This document shows positions 36,377-45,193 of a stretch of DNA of 64,000 bases, one piece after another. Made by a program: the position numbers and the translations under genes. Source of the stretch: Clostridiales bacterium (GTDB taxonomy: Bacteria > Bacillota > Clostridia > Oscillospirales > UBA644); contig QAKR01000043.1 in assembly GCA_003343705.1 (NCBI GenBank), forward strand, positions 25,237 to 89,236, given 5' to 3'. Below the pieces are notes generated by a model that saw only the letters and a program-made list of their open reading frames with translations, searched no databases and had not been told where the DNA came from. Position 1 is the stretch's first letter, and every line of letters begins with the position of its first letter.

Positions 36377-36527
36377 AATATTAAGAATTTCAATATATTA
36401 TACGCTATATTTTTTTTGGACATTAAGTGTATTCACTGAGTAATAGAAATAACTGTCATATCATATAAGCATAAATTAACCTGGTTTGAGAATCTCTTGC
36501 TTTTCTGCACTACTCCCTGTTGAAATA

Positions 36528-36556
36528 TTATTAATTAATGCTGTACCTATTTTCAA
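36528..36556 (-). promoter_or_regulatory. candidate minus-strand promoter inside the non-coding gap
   Basis: Minus strand: TTGAAA (36551-36556), 17 nt spacer, TAATAA (36528-36533). Confidence 0.4.
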
Positions 36557-36614
36557 GAACAATCTTAATATGATTAACAAGCCTTGCCTTTCTGCGGAAA
36601 GAGCTGTGGTGCGG

Positions 36615-36641
36615 AAAAAGTGTCCACCAGACACTTTTTTT
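36615..36641. terminator. A/U-flanked hairpin (terminator-like in both orientations)
   Basis: aaaaagtgtc-cacca-gacacttttttt. Confidence 0.5.
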
Positions 36642-36681
36642 ACTCGCACCCTTCAAGTCCTGTACCTTATCAAATGCAAAT

Positions 36682-36711
36682 AAAAACAGCACCCTAATGG
36701 GTGCTGTTTTT
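36682..36711 (-). terminator. intrinsic terminator immediately 3' of tRNA-Leu
   Basis: aacagcaccc / gggtgctgtt form a 10-bp stem flanked by A and T runs. Confidence 0.8.
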
Positions 36712-36714
36712 ATT

Positions 36715-36801
36715 TGGTGCGGTCAACAGGACTTGAACCTGCACGAACTCGCGTTCACCAGCCCCTCAAGCTGGCGTGTCTGCCTATTCCACCATGACCG
36801 C
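36715..36801 (-). tRNA. tRNA-Leu (anticodon GAG), class II with long variable arm
   Basis: Hand fold of the reverse complement. Acceptor GCGGTCA/TGACCGC, anticodon loop UU-GAG-GG, long variable arm, T-loop GGTTCAAGTCC, encoded CCA. 87 nt. Confidence 0.9.
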
Positions 36802-36831
36802 ATATTCTGTTTTATAATATCGCGCTAAATT

Positions 36832-36860
36832 ATTATATCAATAAAATCGATTTTTGTCAA
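36832..36860 (-). promoter_or_regulatory. promoter of tRNA-Leu
   Basis: Minus strand: TTGACA (36855-36860), 17 nt spacer, TATAAT (36832-36837). Confidence 0.65.
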
Positions 36861-36910
36861 GTCCTGAAATTAAAAAAAATGAAATTTTTAATTTTTTTCA
36901 TAATTAAGCA

Positions 36911-36939
36911 TTGACAAAACCTAAAAAACCGTTTACAAT
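36911..36939 (+). promoter_or_regulatory. promoter of the yicC-remA-gmk-rpoZ-priA block
   Basis: TTGACA (36911-36916), 17 nt spacer, TACAAT (36934-36939). Confidence 0.6.
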
Positions 36940-37045
36940 GTAAAGTGAGCTAATATATATAGTAATAATATAATATAAACAAATTACATATTTAAGTGGT
37001 TTATATTTAAAACTTATTTCTTAAAACAAACATTACGGAGGTTTT

Positions 37046-37924
37046 ATGATAAAAAGCATGACCGGCTACGGCCGAGCACGAGAAGTCCTCAATAAACGAG
37101 ACATAACAGTTGAAATAAAGGCGGTTAACCACCGTTATTTTGAAATGTATGCTCGCATTCCGAGAACATATATGCAAATTGAAGACATGGTACGCTCTCA
37201 TTTACAAAAACAAATTGTTAGAGGTAAAATTGAAGTTAGTATTAATATCGACGACACCCAGTCCGACATACGAGGCGTACGTTTAAATGAAAATCTTTTT
37301 GAAGCTTATTATTCTTCACTGAAAGATCTTTCGCAAAAATACAATCTGTCTTTAGATACTTCCGCATCTGTTGCACTGCGCTTCCCTGATGTTTTAACAC
37401 AAACTCGTGATGAAGCTGATCTCGATGAGGTTTGGCAGGATGTTATGAGTGTTTTAGACAATGCACTTTCGGCATTTTTGAAACAGCGTAAAGCTGAAGG
37501 AGAAAGGCTTGCAGAAGATATAATAGCAAAATGCAGTGAGATTGAAAACAACGTAGATTATATCGAAAGCAGATTACCACAAATAGAAGAGGATTATATG
37601 AAAAAGCTTCGCCAACGTATTGAAGATCTCTTAGGTGATACAAAAGTTGACGAACAAAGGCTTTTAACAGAGGTTGCTATAATGGCTGATAAACTTGCGG
37701 TAGACGAAGAGCTTGTCCGTTTACGTTCGCACACCAAAGGTTTACGCGAAATGTTTAAAAGCGGAGTTTCCGAAGGCAAAAAAATGGATTTTTACATTCA
37801 GGAGATGAATAGGGAAATTAACACCACAACATCAAAAATTGGTGACATTGGTATAACTAAGGTCGCAATTGAAGTAAAATCTATTATAGAAAAAATACGT
37901 GAGCAAGTACAGAATATTGAATAA
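37046..37924 (+). CDS. yicC: YicC/YloC family endoribonuclease-like stress protein
   Basis: MTGYGRA N-terminus and a C-terminal EMNREINT block. 292 aa. Confidence 0.85.
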   Translation: MIKSMTGYGRAREVLNKRDITVEIKAVNHRYFEMYARIPRTYMQIEDMVRSHLQKQIVRGKIEVSINIDDTQSDIRGVRLNENLFEAYYSSLKDLSQKYNLSLDTSASVALRFPDVLTQTRDEADLDEVWQDVMSVLDNALSAFLKQRKAEGERLAEDIIAKCSEIENNVDYIESRLPQIEEDYMKKLRQRIEDLLGDTKVDEQRLLTEVAIMADKLAVDEELVRLRSHTKGLREMFKSGVSEGKKMDFYIQEMNREINTTTSKIGDIGITKVAIEVKSIIEKIREQVQNIE

Positions 37925-37936
37925 TGAGGTACACCC

Positions 37937-38203
37937 ATGAAACTTATTAACATTGGCTTCGGAAATGTTGTGGCTGCTTCTAAAATTGTTGCCATTGTCA
38001 GCCCTGACAGTTCTCCTATTAAGCGTGTTATCCAAGAAGCTCGTGAAAACGGATCGTTAATAGACGCAACTTACGGCCGACGCACAAGAGCAGTAATTAT
38101 AACAGATAGCGAACACGTAATATTAAGCGCAGTACAGCCCGAAACCGTTGCGGCAAGAGCAGAACCCGATGATGAAAACGAAACGGAGGAAGACGATGGC
38201 TGA
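37937..38203 (+). CDS. remA: RemA/YlzA (DUF370) regulator
   Basis: [11 protein letters not shown]...SPIKR...DATYGRRTR signature. 88 aa. Confidence 0.85.
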   Translation: MKLINIGFGNVVAASKIVAIVSPDSSPIKRVIQEARENGSLIDATYGRRTRAVIITDSEHVILSAVQPETVAARAEPDDENETEEDDG

Positions 38204-38774
38204 AATTTTCATAATATCCGGGCCGTCAGGCGTCGGTAAAGATACTTTGATAAAAAAAATGATGCCAAAATTAAGAAATGTCTTTTTGTCCGTATCCTGT
38301 ACTACCAGGTCTCCTCGCAAAGGCGAAATTGATAATATAGATTATTGTTTCGTTACCGACACATTTTTTCGTGATCAAGTTAAACAGGGTAATATGCTAG
38401 AATATGCCGATTATTGCACCGTATGTTATGGGACACCAAAGCAGCCGGTTGAAAAAGCATTAAAAGAAGGAAAGCATATAATATTAAAAATTGAGCGTGC
38501 CGGAATGGAGAGCGTTAAAAAAATATATCCTGATGCAATAACAATTTTTATTGCCCCGCCATCACTTGAAGAACTTCGCAACAGAATAATCCTACGCAAG
38601 ACAGACAGCGACCGTGCCATAGAAGATCGTATGAACAAAGCAAAAATCGAAATGGAAAAAAGTAAAGATTATATGGAAATAATGGTTAATGACGATGTTG
38701 ATAAAGCTGCTGATAAACTTGCAGGTATAATAAACAAATATATTGAAAAATCTGAAAGAGGTGCACATAAATGA
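38196..38774 (+). CDS. gmk: guanylate kinase
   Basis: P-loop [10 protein letters not shown] prefer the ATG at 38196 (RBS ggagga, overlaps the remA stop) over the ORF-track start at 38148. Confidence 0.9.
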   Translation: MAEIFIISGPSGVGKDTLIKKMMPKLRNVFLSVSCTTRSPRKGEIDNIDYCFVTDTFFRDQVKQGNMLEYADYCTVCYGTPKQPVEKALKEGKHIILKIERAGMESVKKIYPDAITIFIAPPSLEELRNRIILRKTDSDRAIEDRMNKAKIEMEKSKDYMEIMVNDDVDKAADKLAGIINKYIEKSERGAHK

Positions 38775-38983
38775 TTTATCCTAGCATGAGTGATCTTGTA
38801 GACAAAAATAAAAAACAGTGCCGTTATTCTTTAGTGGTCGCTGTTGCAAAACGTGCCAGAGAGCTTGAAAAAGAAGCTGAGAACAATGGCGAAATGATAG
38901 AAGGAAGAGCTGTCTCCGCAGCTATTGATTCTTTTGCCGACGGAGAAGCAACATACGAAGAGCCTACGCAAGAAAATGCCTGA
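38771..38983 (+). CDS. rpoZ: DNA-directed RNA polymerase subunit omega
   Basis: 70 aa with the block RYSLVVAVAKRARE. Conserved position after gmk. Confidence 0.85.
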   Translation: MIYPSMSDLVDKNKKQCRYSLVVAVAKRARELEKEAENNGEMIEGRAVSAAIDSFADGEATYEEPTQENA

Positions 38984-41225
38984 AAAAACCGTTCTGGTGG
39001 CAGTTGAAAATGTGCCGTATCCGGCTGATATTCTATACGAATATAAGGTCGGCGGCACAAATGCGCAACCGGGTCATATTGTTACCTTCCCTTTTGGGAA
39101 AGGTAACAAAAAAGCACGAGGTATAGTTTTTGCTTACGGTAAAAACACAGAAGGGAAACGTTTAAAAACCCTAACCTCTCTTTATTCTGATGAAATCTAT
39201 ATAGATCACGAAGGAATTCTTTTAGCAGAATTCATGAAAAATAAATACTTTTGCTCGTATTTTGAAGCAGTAAGAACGATAATGCCTTCGGGTATAATGT
39301 CATCTAAGACAGCCTCTGAGAAAAGTGGAATAAAAGTTTGTTATGAAGAGTATGCTCACATTTCACATACTGCCGAGGAATATAAAAAAAGCCTTGGTCA
39401 AAGTGAACTTGCAAAAAAGCATTTAGCTATTATTGAATTTTTAAAAAATGGTGAACAAACAGTACGTAAAACCCTTGAATACGTAGGTATAACTAAAGGT
39501 GTTTTGCTTACTCTCCAAAAAAAAGGTGTATTAACTCTTGAAAAAAGAGAAGCTTTAAGAAGCCCTTTAAGAGGGATAACACCTCAGAAGGCTATGCCAA
39601 CAGCCCTTAATCAAGAGCAACAAACGGCATTTGAACAAATAAGAAAAAAATACGATACAGGCGGTGCACACCTGCTATACGGGGTAACCGGAAGCGGTAA
39701 AACACATGTCTTTATCGCCTTAATAAATGATTTAATAAAACAAAATAAAAGTGTTTTACTTTTATTACCGGAAATATCACTGACTCTGCAAATCGTTAGG
39801 CGGTTTTACGCAGAATACGGTGAAAAATTAGCTGTTTTACACAGTGCTCTCTCCCAAGGTGAACGTTTTGACGAATGGCGTCGTATAAGGGACGGTCGAG
39901 CAACTGTTGTTATAGGAACACGTTCGGCAGTTTTTGCACCGCTCAAAAATCTTGGCGCTATTATTATTGATGAGGAGCAGGAACACACATATAAATCCGA
40001 TATGTCTCCCAAATATGCCGCGGCGGAAATAGCGGCTTTTCGTGTAAAACGTGAAAAAGCTTTTTTACTGACAGCTTCTGCAACTCCTTCCTTTGAAAGT
40101 TGGTACAAAGCACAGAAAGACGAAATAGGTTTTTCCCAACTAACAACAAGATATAACGGCAGGCCTTTGCCTAAAGTCATTGTTGCAGATATGCGCCCGG
40201 AACTGGCAAGCGGTAATAAAGGTCTTTTAGGTAAGATTCTGGGCGAAGAGATTCTAAAAAATATGCAAAACGGCGAACAGTCCGTTTTATTTATGAACAG
40301 AAGAGGATACAATGCATATGTTTCCTGCCCCAGCTGCGGTTATGTCTATACCTGCCCCAGTTGCGGAATATCTTTAACATATCATAAAACAGATAAAAAG
40401 CTTCGCTGCCATTATTGCGGACATAGCGAAAACCTTTCTTCAACCTGTAAAAAATGTGGAAGTACAGCGCTTTTTTATTCCGGAGCAGGAACACAACGGG
40501 CAGAAGAAGAAATTAAAAATATCTTCCCGGAATTGCGAATTCTTCGTATGGATGCAGATACGGTTGTAAAAAAAGGTTCTCGTGATAAGATTCTAAGCGA
40601 CTTTCGTCAAAATAAATATGACGTACTTTTAGGAACTCAGATGATAACAAAAGGCTTGGATTTCCCGAATGTCACACTTGTAGGCGTTCTTAATGCCGAT
40701 GCCTCCCTATATACATCAGATTTCCGCTCTTATGAAAAAACATTTTCACTTATTACACAAGTTGTAGGCCGTGCCGGTCGAGCTGAAAAAGAGGGCAGAG
40801 CGGTTATTCAAACATATTCGCCCGAACATCAAGTTCTTGAATTTGCATTCAAACAGGATTATCCTGCATTTTTTAACAGTGAGTGTGCTCTACGCAAAGC
40901 TCTTATATATCCGCCTTATTGTGATGTTTGCCAAGTTATTTTTTTAGCAGACGGGCTTGTAAAAGCAACAGAAGGAGCGGAAAAGTTTATCGAAATGATA
41001 AAAAATCTTTCTGCAGAGGAATTTGCGGATGTTCCGTTACGGATTATACAACCTCTTCAGACAGCAGTACCCATGACGGACGGCAAAGACAGGGTTCGTA
41101 TTTTACTAAAGTGTAAAGATGTCCGTCGTACCCGAGATCTTTTTGCACGGGTCACAGCGACGTTTATGAAAGAAAATAAAGATATTTACATAAGTATTGA
41201 CATGAATCCTTCAGCAATACTTTAA
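38976..41225 (+). CDS. priA: primosomal protein N' (replication restart helicase PriA)
   Basis: Walker A GVTGSGKT, DEEQ box IIDEEQE, and a Cys-rich zinc region CPSCG..CPSCG..CHYCG..CKKCG. I prefer the ATG at 38976, which overlaps the rpoZ stop. Confidence 0.9.
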   Translation: MPEKTVLVAVENVPYPADILYEYKVGGTNAQPGHIVTFPFGKGNKKARGIVFAYGKNTEGKRLKTLTSLYSDEIYIDHEGILLAEFMKNKYFCSYFEAVRTIMPSGIMSSKTASEKSGIKVCYEEYAHISHTAEEYKKSLGQSELAKKHLAIIEFLKNGEQTVRKTLEYVGITKGVLLTLQKKGVLTLEKREALRSPLRGITPQKAMPTALNQEQQTAFEQIRKKYDTGGAHLLYGVTGSGKTHVFIALINDLIKQNKSVLLLLPEISLTLQIVRRFYAEYGEKLAVLHSALSQGERFDEWRRIRDGRATVVIGTRSAVFAPLKNLGAIIIDEEQEHTYKSDMSPKYAAAEIAAFRVKREKAFLLTASATPSFESWYKAQKDEIGFSQLTTRYNGRPLPKVIVADMRPELASGNKGLLGKILGEEILKNMQNGEQSVLFMNRRGYNAYVSCPSCGYVYTCPSCGISLTYHKTDKKLRCHYCGHSENLSSTCKKCGSTALFYSGAGTQRAEEEIKNIFPELRILRMDADTVVKKGSRDKILSDFRQNKYDVLLGTQMITKGLDFPNVTLVGVLNADASLYTSDFRSYEKTFSLITQVVGRAGRAEKEGRAVIQTYSPEHQVLEFAFKQDYPAFFNSECALRKALIYPPYCDVCQVIFLADGLVKATEGAEKFIEMIKNLSAEEFADVPLRIIQPLQTAVPMTDGKDRVRILLKCKDVRRTRDLFARVTATFMKENKDIYISIDMNPSAIL

Positions 41226-41251
41226 TAAAAGTCAAGGAGTTTAATATTATA

Positions 41252-41716
41252 ATGGCACTACGCAATATTATAAAAGAGGGCGACGAAACCCTAACAAAAA
41301 AATCACGTCAGGTAACTGAGTTTGATAAAAAGCTTCAAATTCTCATAAAAGACATGAAGGATACACTGAAAAAAGCTGATGGTTTAGGCCTTGCAGCACC
41401 TCAGGTCGGAATTCTTCGTCGTGTTGTAATTATACTTGACGAAGACGGTAAAACTATGCTTACCCTCGTTAACCCTGAAATTATAGATTCAAAAGGGGAA
41501 CAAGAAGCTACGGAAGGTTGTCTTTCTGTTCCGGGAATTTTCGGGCAAACCAAACGCCCTGCTGAAGTAACAGTGAAGGCTCTCAATGAAAAAGGAAAAG
41601 AAATAATTTTTACTCGAACAGGCATAACAGCAGTTTGTTGTTGCCATGAAATAGATCACTTGGACGGGATACTTTTCAGAGAACATGTGGAAAAGTATCT
41701 GGATTCCGAAGATTAA
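41252..41716 (+). CDS. def: peptide deformylase
   Basis: GLAAPQVG, EGCLSVPG and HEIDHLDG motifs. Confidence 0.95.
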   Translation: MALRNIIKEGDETLTKKSRQVTEFDKKLQILIKDMKDTLKKADGLGLAAPQVGILRRVVIILDEDGKTMLTLVNPEIIDSKGEQEATEGCLSVPGIFGQTKRPAEVTVKALNEKGKEIIFTRTGITAVCCCHEIDHLDGILFREHVEKYLDSED

Positions 41717-41738
41717 TATATAAATACGGAGTTTACTG

Positions 41739-42647
41739 ATGAACATTATGTTTATGGGCACATCGGATTTTGCGGTTGCCGCACTTTGTGCACTTTCCGA
41801 AAACAATCTAAAACCAAACATTGTTATATCTCAGCCGGATAAACCTCGCAACAGAGGGATTGTTACACCTACACCGGTAAAAGCAAAAGCTTTGGAACTG
41901 GGGATTGACGTTTTAACCCCTGATAAAATAAAAAACGGAGAATTCTCTGACACACTTAAAAAATACAATCCGGAAATTATTGTTGTTGTGGCATACGGCA
42001 AGATTTTACCCAAATACATTCTTGATTTTCCAAAGTTGGGTTGTATAAATATACATGCGTCACTTTTACCTAAATACCGAGGATCAGCGCCTATCAACTT
42101 TGCTATTATTAACGGTGAAAAGGAAACCGGTGTAACAACAATGTTCATGGATGAGGGCATAGACACCGGAGATATGATATTTACCGAAAAAACTCAAATT
42201 TCAGAAACTGACAATGTAGAAACCCTTCATGATCGAATGGCACAGATGGGCGGAAACCTAATAGTTAAAACACTGAGAGCTTTACAAGAAGGTACAGCGC
42301 CCCGCATTAAACAGGACGGTGAAAGCTCATACGCACCTATGATTGATAACCAAACACGTAAGATAGATTTTTCGTGCGATTCAAAAAAAATTGTAGATAT
42401 TATTAGAGGTTTATGCCCTGTACCGACAGCGTTTTCGACATTTGAAGGTAAAAATGTTAAAATATACGATGCAATACAAGCTGATACAAACATAAATGCC
42501 GAACCGGGACAAATTTGTGATAATAAAAAACTCATAGTTAAAACAGGTAACGGAGCAATTGAAATTTTATCACTACAACCAGAAAGTAAAAAACGAATGA
42601 GCGGCGAAGACTTTTTAAGAGGTCATAAAAGCGGCCGCTTTGAATAG
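41739..42647 (+). CDS. fmt: methionyl-tRNA formyltransferase
   Basis: HASLLPKYRGSAPI block. Position after def. Confidence 0.9.
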   Translation: MNIMFMGTSDFAVAALCALSENNLKPNIVISQPDKPRNRGIVTPTPVKAKALELGIDVLTPDKIKNGEFSDTLKKYNPEIIVVVAYGKILPKYILDFPKLGCINIHASLLPKYRGSAPINFAIINGEKETGVTTMFMDEGIDTGDMIFTEKTQISETDNVETLHDRMAQMGGNLIVKTLRALQEGTAPRIKQDGESSYAPMIDNQTRKIDFSCDSKKIVDIIRGLCPVPTAFSTFEGKNVKIYDAIQADTNINAEPGQICDNKKLIVKTGNGAIEILSLQPESKKRMSGEDFLRGHKSGRFE

Positions 42648-42649
42648 GA

Positions 42650-43351
42650 GTGAATTTAATGCCTTATTTTTTCATGGATTATTGGTATATAATACTTGTA
42701 ATACCAGCAATAATATTTTCTTTAATTGCCCAAGCAAAAGTTAATTCAACTTATGCACATGCTGCAAAAACAGCTTCGCAAAGCGGCTTAACCGGAAAAG
42801 ATATAGCAGAAAGAATTCTGCGTCAAAATGGAATAAATGATGTTTATGTTGTTCCTATTAAAGGAAATTTAACAGATAATTATAACCCTCGTACAAAAAC
42901 AATCTCTCTTTCCGAGGGTGTTTATGATTCAACTTCAGTTGCTGCGCTTGGGATTGCAGCACACGAAGCAGGACATACTTGCCAGCATTATCAAAACTAT
43001 TCACCTATCAGTGTCCGAAATGCGATTTTACCTGTTGCCAATATAGGTTCATCATTAGCAATCCCCCTTGTATTAATAGGATTTTTATTCAGCTGGCAAC
43101 CCTTAGTTCTTGCAGGAATTGTATTCTTTGCAGCGGTTGTACTATTCCAGCTTGTAACTCTTCCTGTTGAATTCAATGCTTCAAACAGGGCTATTAAGGT
43201 TCTCGAAAGCGGCGTTTTACAGCCTGACGAACTTGCACAAACAAAAAAAGTTCTGTCCGCAGCCGCAATGACATATGTTGCAGCTCTTGCGGTTTCTCTT
43301 GCACAACTTCTCAGGTTAATACTTTTAGCAAGAGGAGACGACAGACGGTGA
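42650..43351 (+). CDS. membrane zinc metallopeptidase (YugP-like)
   Basis: HEAGH (HExxH) motif plus flanking TM helices. Confidence 0.8.
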   Translation: MNLMPYFFMDYWYIILVIPAIIFSLIAQAKVNSTYAHAAKTASQSGLTGKDIAERILRQNGINDVYVVPIKGNLTDNYNPRTKTISLSEGVYDSTSVAALGIAAHEAGHTCQHYQNYSPISVRNAILPVANIGSSLAIPLVLIGFLFSWQPLVLAGIVFFAAVVLFQLVTLPVEFNASNRAIKVLESGVLQPDELAQTKKVLSAAAMTYVAALAVSLAQLLRLILLARGDDRR

Positions 43352-44358
43352 CAGACATTTCAAGCTTGACATACGAACAGCTTGGTGAATTTATTAATTC
43401 CCTCGGGGAGCCTAAATTCAGAGTCAAACAAGTTTTTGAGTGGATTTCACGCGGAGTTCTGTCCTTTGACGAAATGACAAATCTTTCTAAAACTTTTCGT
43501 CAAAAACTTGCTGAGCAAGCAACAATGGCGACTCTTTCTGTTAAAAAAAAACTTGTTGACACAGACGGAACGGTAAAATATCTTTTTGAGCTTTCTGATG
43601 GCAATTTAATAGAAACAGTTGTTATGAGTTATAAACACGGCAAAAGTGTTTGCATTTCCTCTCAAGCTGGTTGTCGAATGGGCTGTAAATTCTGTGCCAG
43701 CACGCTGCTGGGAAAAAATCGTGATTTAACAGCAGGCGAAATGCTTTTACAGGTAGCATACGCTAATAAAGAAAATCATGTTTCCAATGTTGTCGTTATG
43801 GGTGTTGGTGAACCTCTTGATAATTATGATAACCTTATAATATTTTTAAAAAATTTAAAAGATGAAAACGGGCTTAACATCAGCCATCGTCACGTATCTG
43901 TTTCGACATGTGGAATTGTCCCTAAAATAGACGAGCTTGCAGATGAAGATTTGCAGATAACTCTTTCAATTTCTCTTCATGCACCGGATGACGAAACACG
44001 TGATATTCTAATGCCAGTTAATAAAACATATAATATAAAAACACTTATATCTGCTTGCGATAGATACTTTAAAAAAACAGGCAGAAGAATTTCTTATGAA
44101 TATACACTTATTAAAGGTGTAAACGATACGGTGATACATGCAGAAAAACTTTCTGTTTTATTAGGCGGAAAGAACTGTCATATAAACCTTATCCCTGTAA
44201 ATTATGTTAAAGAAAGAGGGCTTCTGCCGTCTGACAAATCCGCAGCAGATAGATTTTTAAAAACTCTTATAAAAAATGGGCTGAATGCCACTATGCGCCG
44301 GACATTGGGCGGGGAGATAAATGCTTCATGCGGACAACTCCGAAACAGTGAAAGTTAA
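43348..44358 (+). CDS. rlmN: 23S rRNA/tRNA (adenine-C2)-methyltransferase RlmN (radical SAM)
   Basis: CRMGCKFCAS (CxxxCxxC) and a C-terminal catalytic Cys in GGEINASCGQL. Confidence 0.9.
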   Translation: MTDISSLTYEQLGEFINSLGEPKFRVKQVFEWISRGVLSFDEMTNLSKTFRQKLAEQATMATLSVKKKLVDTDGTVKYLFELSDGNLIETVVMSYKHGKSVCISSQAGCRMGCKFCASTLLGKNRDLTAGEMLLQVAYANKENHVSNVVVMGVGEPLDNYDNLIIFLKNLKDENGLNISHRHVSVSTCGIVPKIDELADEDLQITLSISLHAPDDETRDILMPVNKTYNIKTLISACDRYFKKTGRRISYEYTLIKGVNDTVIHAEKLSVLLGGKNCHINLIPVNYVKERGLLPSDKSAADRFLKTLIKNGLNATMRRTLGGEINASCGQLRNSES

Positions 44359-44433
44359 ATGTAATTGTTGTAAATTAATATTTTAAACATATACTTATTT
44401 TACACCAATACATGAAAGGACTGGTCATATAAA

Positions 44434-45171
44434 ATGGTATTGCACGGCAAATCCGACATCGGAAAGCAACGACAGCAAAATCAGGATTGCTTTATAATAC
44501 GTATGCTGAGCGACACCACCGGATATGGAATAGTATGTGACGGGATGGGCGGGCATAACGGCGGCAATGTCGCCAGTGAACTTGCTGTGCGCACTCTTGA
44601 TAATCTACTTGTTTCTAATTTTGAAGATCCTGCAACCGTAAATATTGAAGCATTGCTCCGAAGTACGGTTCGTACTGCCAACGGAACGGTTTTTCTACAT
44701 TCACTTAAGGACGAAACTCTTAAAGGAATGGGCACAACCGTTGTGATGGCTTATTATATGCCTGAAAGAATATATATAGCCAACGTAGGCGATAGTCGTG
44801 CATACTTTTTTGACGGTGAACGATTAACACAAGTGACACGAGATCATTCACTTGTTCAGGAAATGCTTGATAAAAATGAAATCACTCCTGAAGAAGCAAA
44901 GAGACACCCCTATAAACATGTAATAACTCGAGTTCTGGGCGTTACAAGTGATGTCGATGTTGATATTATGACTATGGATTTCGGGAATGAGGATGTTCTT
45001 TTATTATGTTCGGACGGGCTGACAAATATGCTGACTGACGAAGAAATTGAAGAGGTTTTAGCCGAATTTCCCTATAAAGACGCCTGCGATGAATTGGTTC
45101 GTCTGGCAAACGAACACGGAGGCCAAGACAACATAACCGTAACACTCATCTGCGGTGACAACGCTGTTTAA
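44434..45171 (+). CDS. prpC: PP2C-family Ser/Thr phosphatase (Stp/PrpC)
   Basis: DGMGGH, GTTVV and CSDGL..GGQDNITV motifs. Confidence 0.9.
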   Translation: MVLHGKSDIGKQRQQNQDCFIIRMLSDTTGYGIVCDGMGGHNGGNVASELAVRTLDNLLVSNFEDPATVNIEALLRSTVRTANGTVFLHSLKDETLKGMGTTVVMAYYMPERIYIANVGDSRAYFFDGERLTQVTRDHSLVQEMLDKNEITPEEAKRHPYKHVITRVLGVTSDVDVDIMTMDFGNEDVLLLCSDGLTNMLTDEEIEEVLAEFPYKDACDELVRLANEHGGQDNITVTLICGDNAV

Positions 45172-45193
45172 GGCAAGGAGAAAGGAAACTGAA

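Noticed and set aside
36600-36625. GTGGTGCGG resembling the T-box core (GGTGGTACCGCG)
   Set aside because: It lacks the ACC of the conserved T-box sequence. I could not find a specifier-loop/stem I architecture, and no aminoacyl-tRNA synthetase or amino-acid gene lies downstream on that strand.
36486-36683. 65-aa TTG-start ORF in the non-coding gap
   Set aside because: It has a non-ATG start without an SD, runs through two terminator hairpins, and has non-protein-like composition. The region is treated as RNA/regulatory instead.
23612-36714. tRNA-Gln to tRNA-Leu interval as a possible integrated genomic island
   Set aside because: I noticed no integrase, recombinase, transposase or phage genes and no direct repeat of a tRNA 3' end. 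The genes are metabolic or regulatory. I could not run a compositional test.
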